Origin: Octopus sinensis
Taxonomy: Eukaryota
Length of the DNA stretch: 64,000 nt
NCBI RefSeq assembly: GCF_006345805.1
Contig: NC_043025.1
Span: 12,400,001 to 12,464,000, forward strand
Reading direction: 5' to 3'
The translations under genes and the position numbers were made by a program. Each line of letters begins with the position of its first letter. Within the stretch, counting starts at the first letter, position 1. The notes below the pieces were generated by a model that was not told where the DNA came from, made no database searches, and saw nothing but the letters and a program-made list of their open reading frames with translations. Positions 61,711-64,000 of this stretch are shown here, in pieces.

Positions 61711-62457
61711 TTTTATTATAAAGACCTCGTGGAGCTTTCAAACGCCAAATCCAATTTCTGATAGAAAATAATGGTAGACACATTGAGTGGAATCTCTTTT
61801 GTTGGGAAATAATAACTTATGAATAAATAGTTTTGCTATATTTGGACTCTTCCATGTACAATAAAACCATTTTCAAATTTTGTTTGGTTTTTCCAAGTTT
61901 TGCTTTGTGTGTGTGTGTGTGTGTGTTGTGTGTGTGTGTGTGTGTGTTGTGTGTGTGTGTGTGTGTGTGTGTGTTCTATTATTTTTCTTTTTACTTGTTT
62001 CAGTCATTTGACTGTGGCTATGCTGGAGCACCGCCTTTGGTCGAACAATTCAACCCCAGGGCTTATTCTTTGTAAGCCTAGTACTTATTATATTGGTCCC
62101 TTTTGCCAAACAACTAAGTTACGGGTATGTAAACACAACAATATCAGTTGTCAAGCAATGGTGGGAGGACAAACACAGACACACAAACATATACACACAT
62201 ACATATATATATATGTATGTATATATATATGTATGTGTATATATATATAAAGGGAAAGTTTATGAAAATAAACAAAAGACGAAGGCAGGTGGAGTACAAA
62301 CAAACAAATGTATTAGTATAGTGATCAGGAATAGAAAAAGTCTTTTACATTTCGAGCCTACGCTCTTCGACAAAGATATACAGAAAAAAACAAGGAGAGA
62401 AAAAAATGCGTGTAGTAGCTATATATATATATGTGTGTGTGTGTGGGTGTGTGTGTA

Positions 62458-62531
<74 letters not shown>

Positions 62532-62863
62532 ATATATACATAATAATAATATTGGGGAATATTATTCCAAACTTACAGGGAAAAATTCAATTTAGAAATA
62601 CTAAACCAAATTTCACAAAATATAATATATATATATATATATACACACACAATTATTATTAAATTTATATGTAGTTTTATCCCTACATGTACAATAAATT
62701 ATATCTTGTGTATGTGTGAGTGTATGTGTATGTATGTATATAGAGATAGACATAACACAAAAAGGAAAAAGAGAGAAGAGAGAGACAGAGACAGAAAGCA
62801 AATGATTTTCAATGTTTCCTCTCTCTCGCCCTCTTTCTTCTTCTTCTTCTTCTTTCATCTTAC

Positions 62864-63306
62864 TTGGAGCAGCGATGGGTTTCCGTGGCACAAATTCCTG
62901 CGAGTCCTTCGCCCAGTCTGCTTTCGTCTTGATGCGGCCACCCCTCAGTATCACTTTATCGCTCGTCGACGGAGCCGTGCTCCATGGCCGCGACGCGGGG
63001 AAAGACGAGGCGTTGGCATCGGCGGAAGCGATGTCCGCAGAGTTGTGGCCCAGGAGGTCGAGGTCCCAGTCGATGTCCGTCGTGATGGACGACGGCTTCA
63101 CTGTCCGACAGAAACCATTCTGTGTGTTGTGGTGTGGCATTGAGGGGAGTGTGGCAGGGGAAGATGGTAGCAGTGAAGGAGGAGGAGGAGGGGCAAGGCC
63201 GACACACTGCTTCAAAGTGGTTGGGGTCTTTATAAGGGTCTGGGATTGTGCAGAGATTGGTCGAGATACTGTTGAGTTGTCCCCCTTGGGTTTCACATGG
63301 TCATAC
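62864..63306 (-). CDS. MKRN: Makorin E3 ligase, first visible exon (end of a CCCH finger, linker, PAM2-like motif)
   Basis: Acceptor cttttgtag|G TAT GAC CAT (R-YDHVKP). DWAKDSQEFVP motif. Donor CCAA|gtaaga, phase 1. Earlier exons lie beyond the window end. Confidence 0.85.
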
Positions 63307-63340
63307 CTACAAAAGAAAAAAAGAAAACAAAAATAATACA

Positions 63341-64000
63341 TTATGTCTGAATAAAAGACAGGATGGTCATGGCTGGAGCATGTTGGATTACAGGTCTGCT
63401 GGATGTCAGGGCTGATCCAGAATGCAACAAGGAAGAGCACATAAAATAATGTAGTCCTAGGTACACTATGCCTGAATAAAAGACAGGATGGTCACAGCTG
63501 GAACATCTTTGATCATAGGTCTGTCTGGATCAGGACTGACCTGGGGCTAAACAACAAGGAAGGACACATTAGATAATGTAGTCCTAGGTACACTATGCCT
63601 GAATCAAAGACAGGATGGTCACAGCTGGAACATATTTGATCATAGGTCTGTCTGGATCAGGACTGACCTGGGGCTAAACAACAAGGAAGGACACATTAGA
63701 TAATGTAGTCCTAGGTACACTATGCCTGAATCAAAGACAGGATGGTCACAGCTGGAACATATTTGATCATAGGTCTGTCTGGATCAGGACTGACCTGGGG
63801 CTAAACAACAAGGAAGGACACATTAGATAATGTAGTCCTAGGTACACTATGCCTGAATAAAAGACAGGATGGTCACAGCTGGAACATCTTTGATCATAGG
63901 TGTGTCTGGATCAGGACTGACCTGGGGTTAAACAACAAGGAAGGACACATTAGATAATGTAGTCCTAGATACACTATGCCTGAATAAAAGACAGGATGGT
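63341..64000. repeat. 127-bp tandem repeat running off the window end
   Basis: taatgtagtcctag recurs at 63447, 63574, 63701, 63828 and 63955. A degenerate unit starts at ~63341. Confidence 0.92.

Overview
AT-rich, repeat-saturated animal DNA. The repeat landscape (three abundant tRNA-derived SINE families, (TA)n/(CA)n seas, Helitron, mariner and piggyBac MITEs) points to an octopus; that assignment is inference. Four protein-coding genes can be built by hand. (1) An intronless acyl-CoA thioesterase/BAAT-family gene with a C-terminal PTS1-type tripeptide (6803-8113,+). (2) The last four exons of a Y_phosphatase3/IphP-type Cys-phosphatase (29466->18640,-); its 5' exons are not visible and a 100-N gap lies just upstream. 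(3) A solitary IL-17-like cytokine exon (35733-36215,+) with an altered cysteine pattern. (4) The last five exons of a Makorin RING/CCCH E3 ligase (63306->46153,-) with a very long acidic tail. The most striking non-coding signal is a type I hammerhead ribozyme with a fully intact core (35471-35568,+), about 170 nt upstream of the IL-17 coding exon and on the same strand. Several other Penelope-type hammerhead-like motifs occur, including a pair in a ~415-bp palindrome just downstream of IL-17. Many tandem arrays can be traced to transposon parts: a 120-bp satellite from a CR1 ORF2 C-terminus, piggyBac-MITE multimers sharing one spacer, a 4x deleted mariner, and headless SINE concatemers. All coordinates, alignments and folds were derived by eye; repeat boundaries are approximate and no database searches were run.
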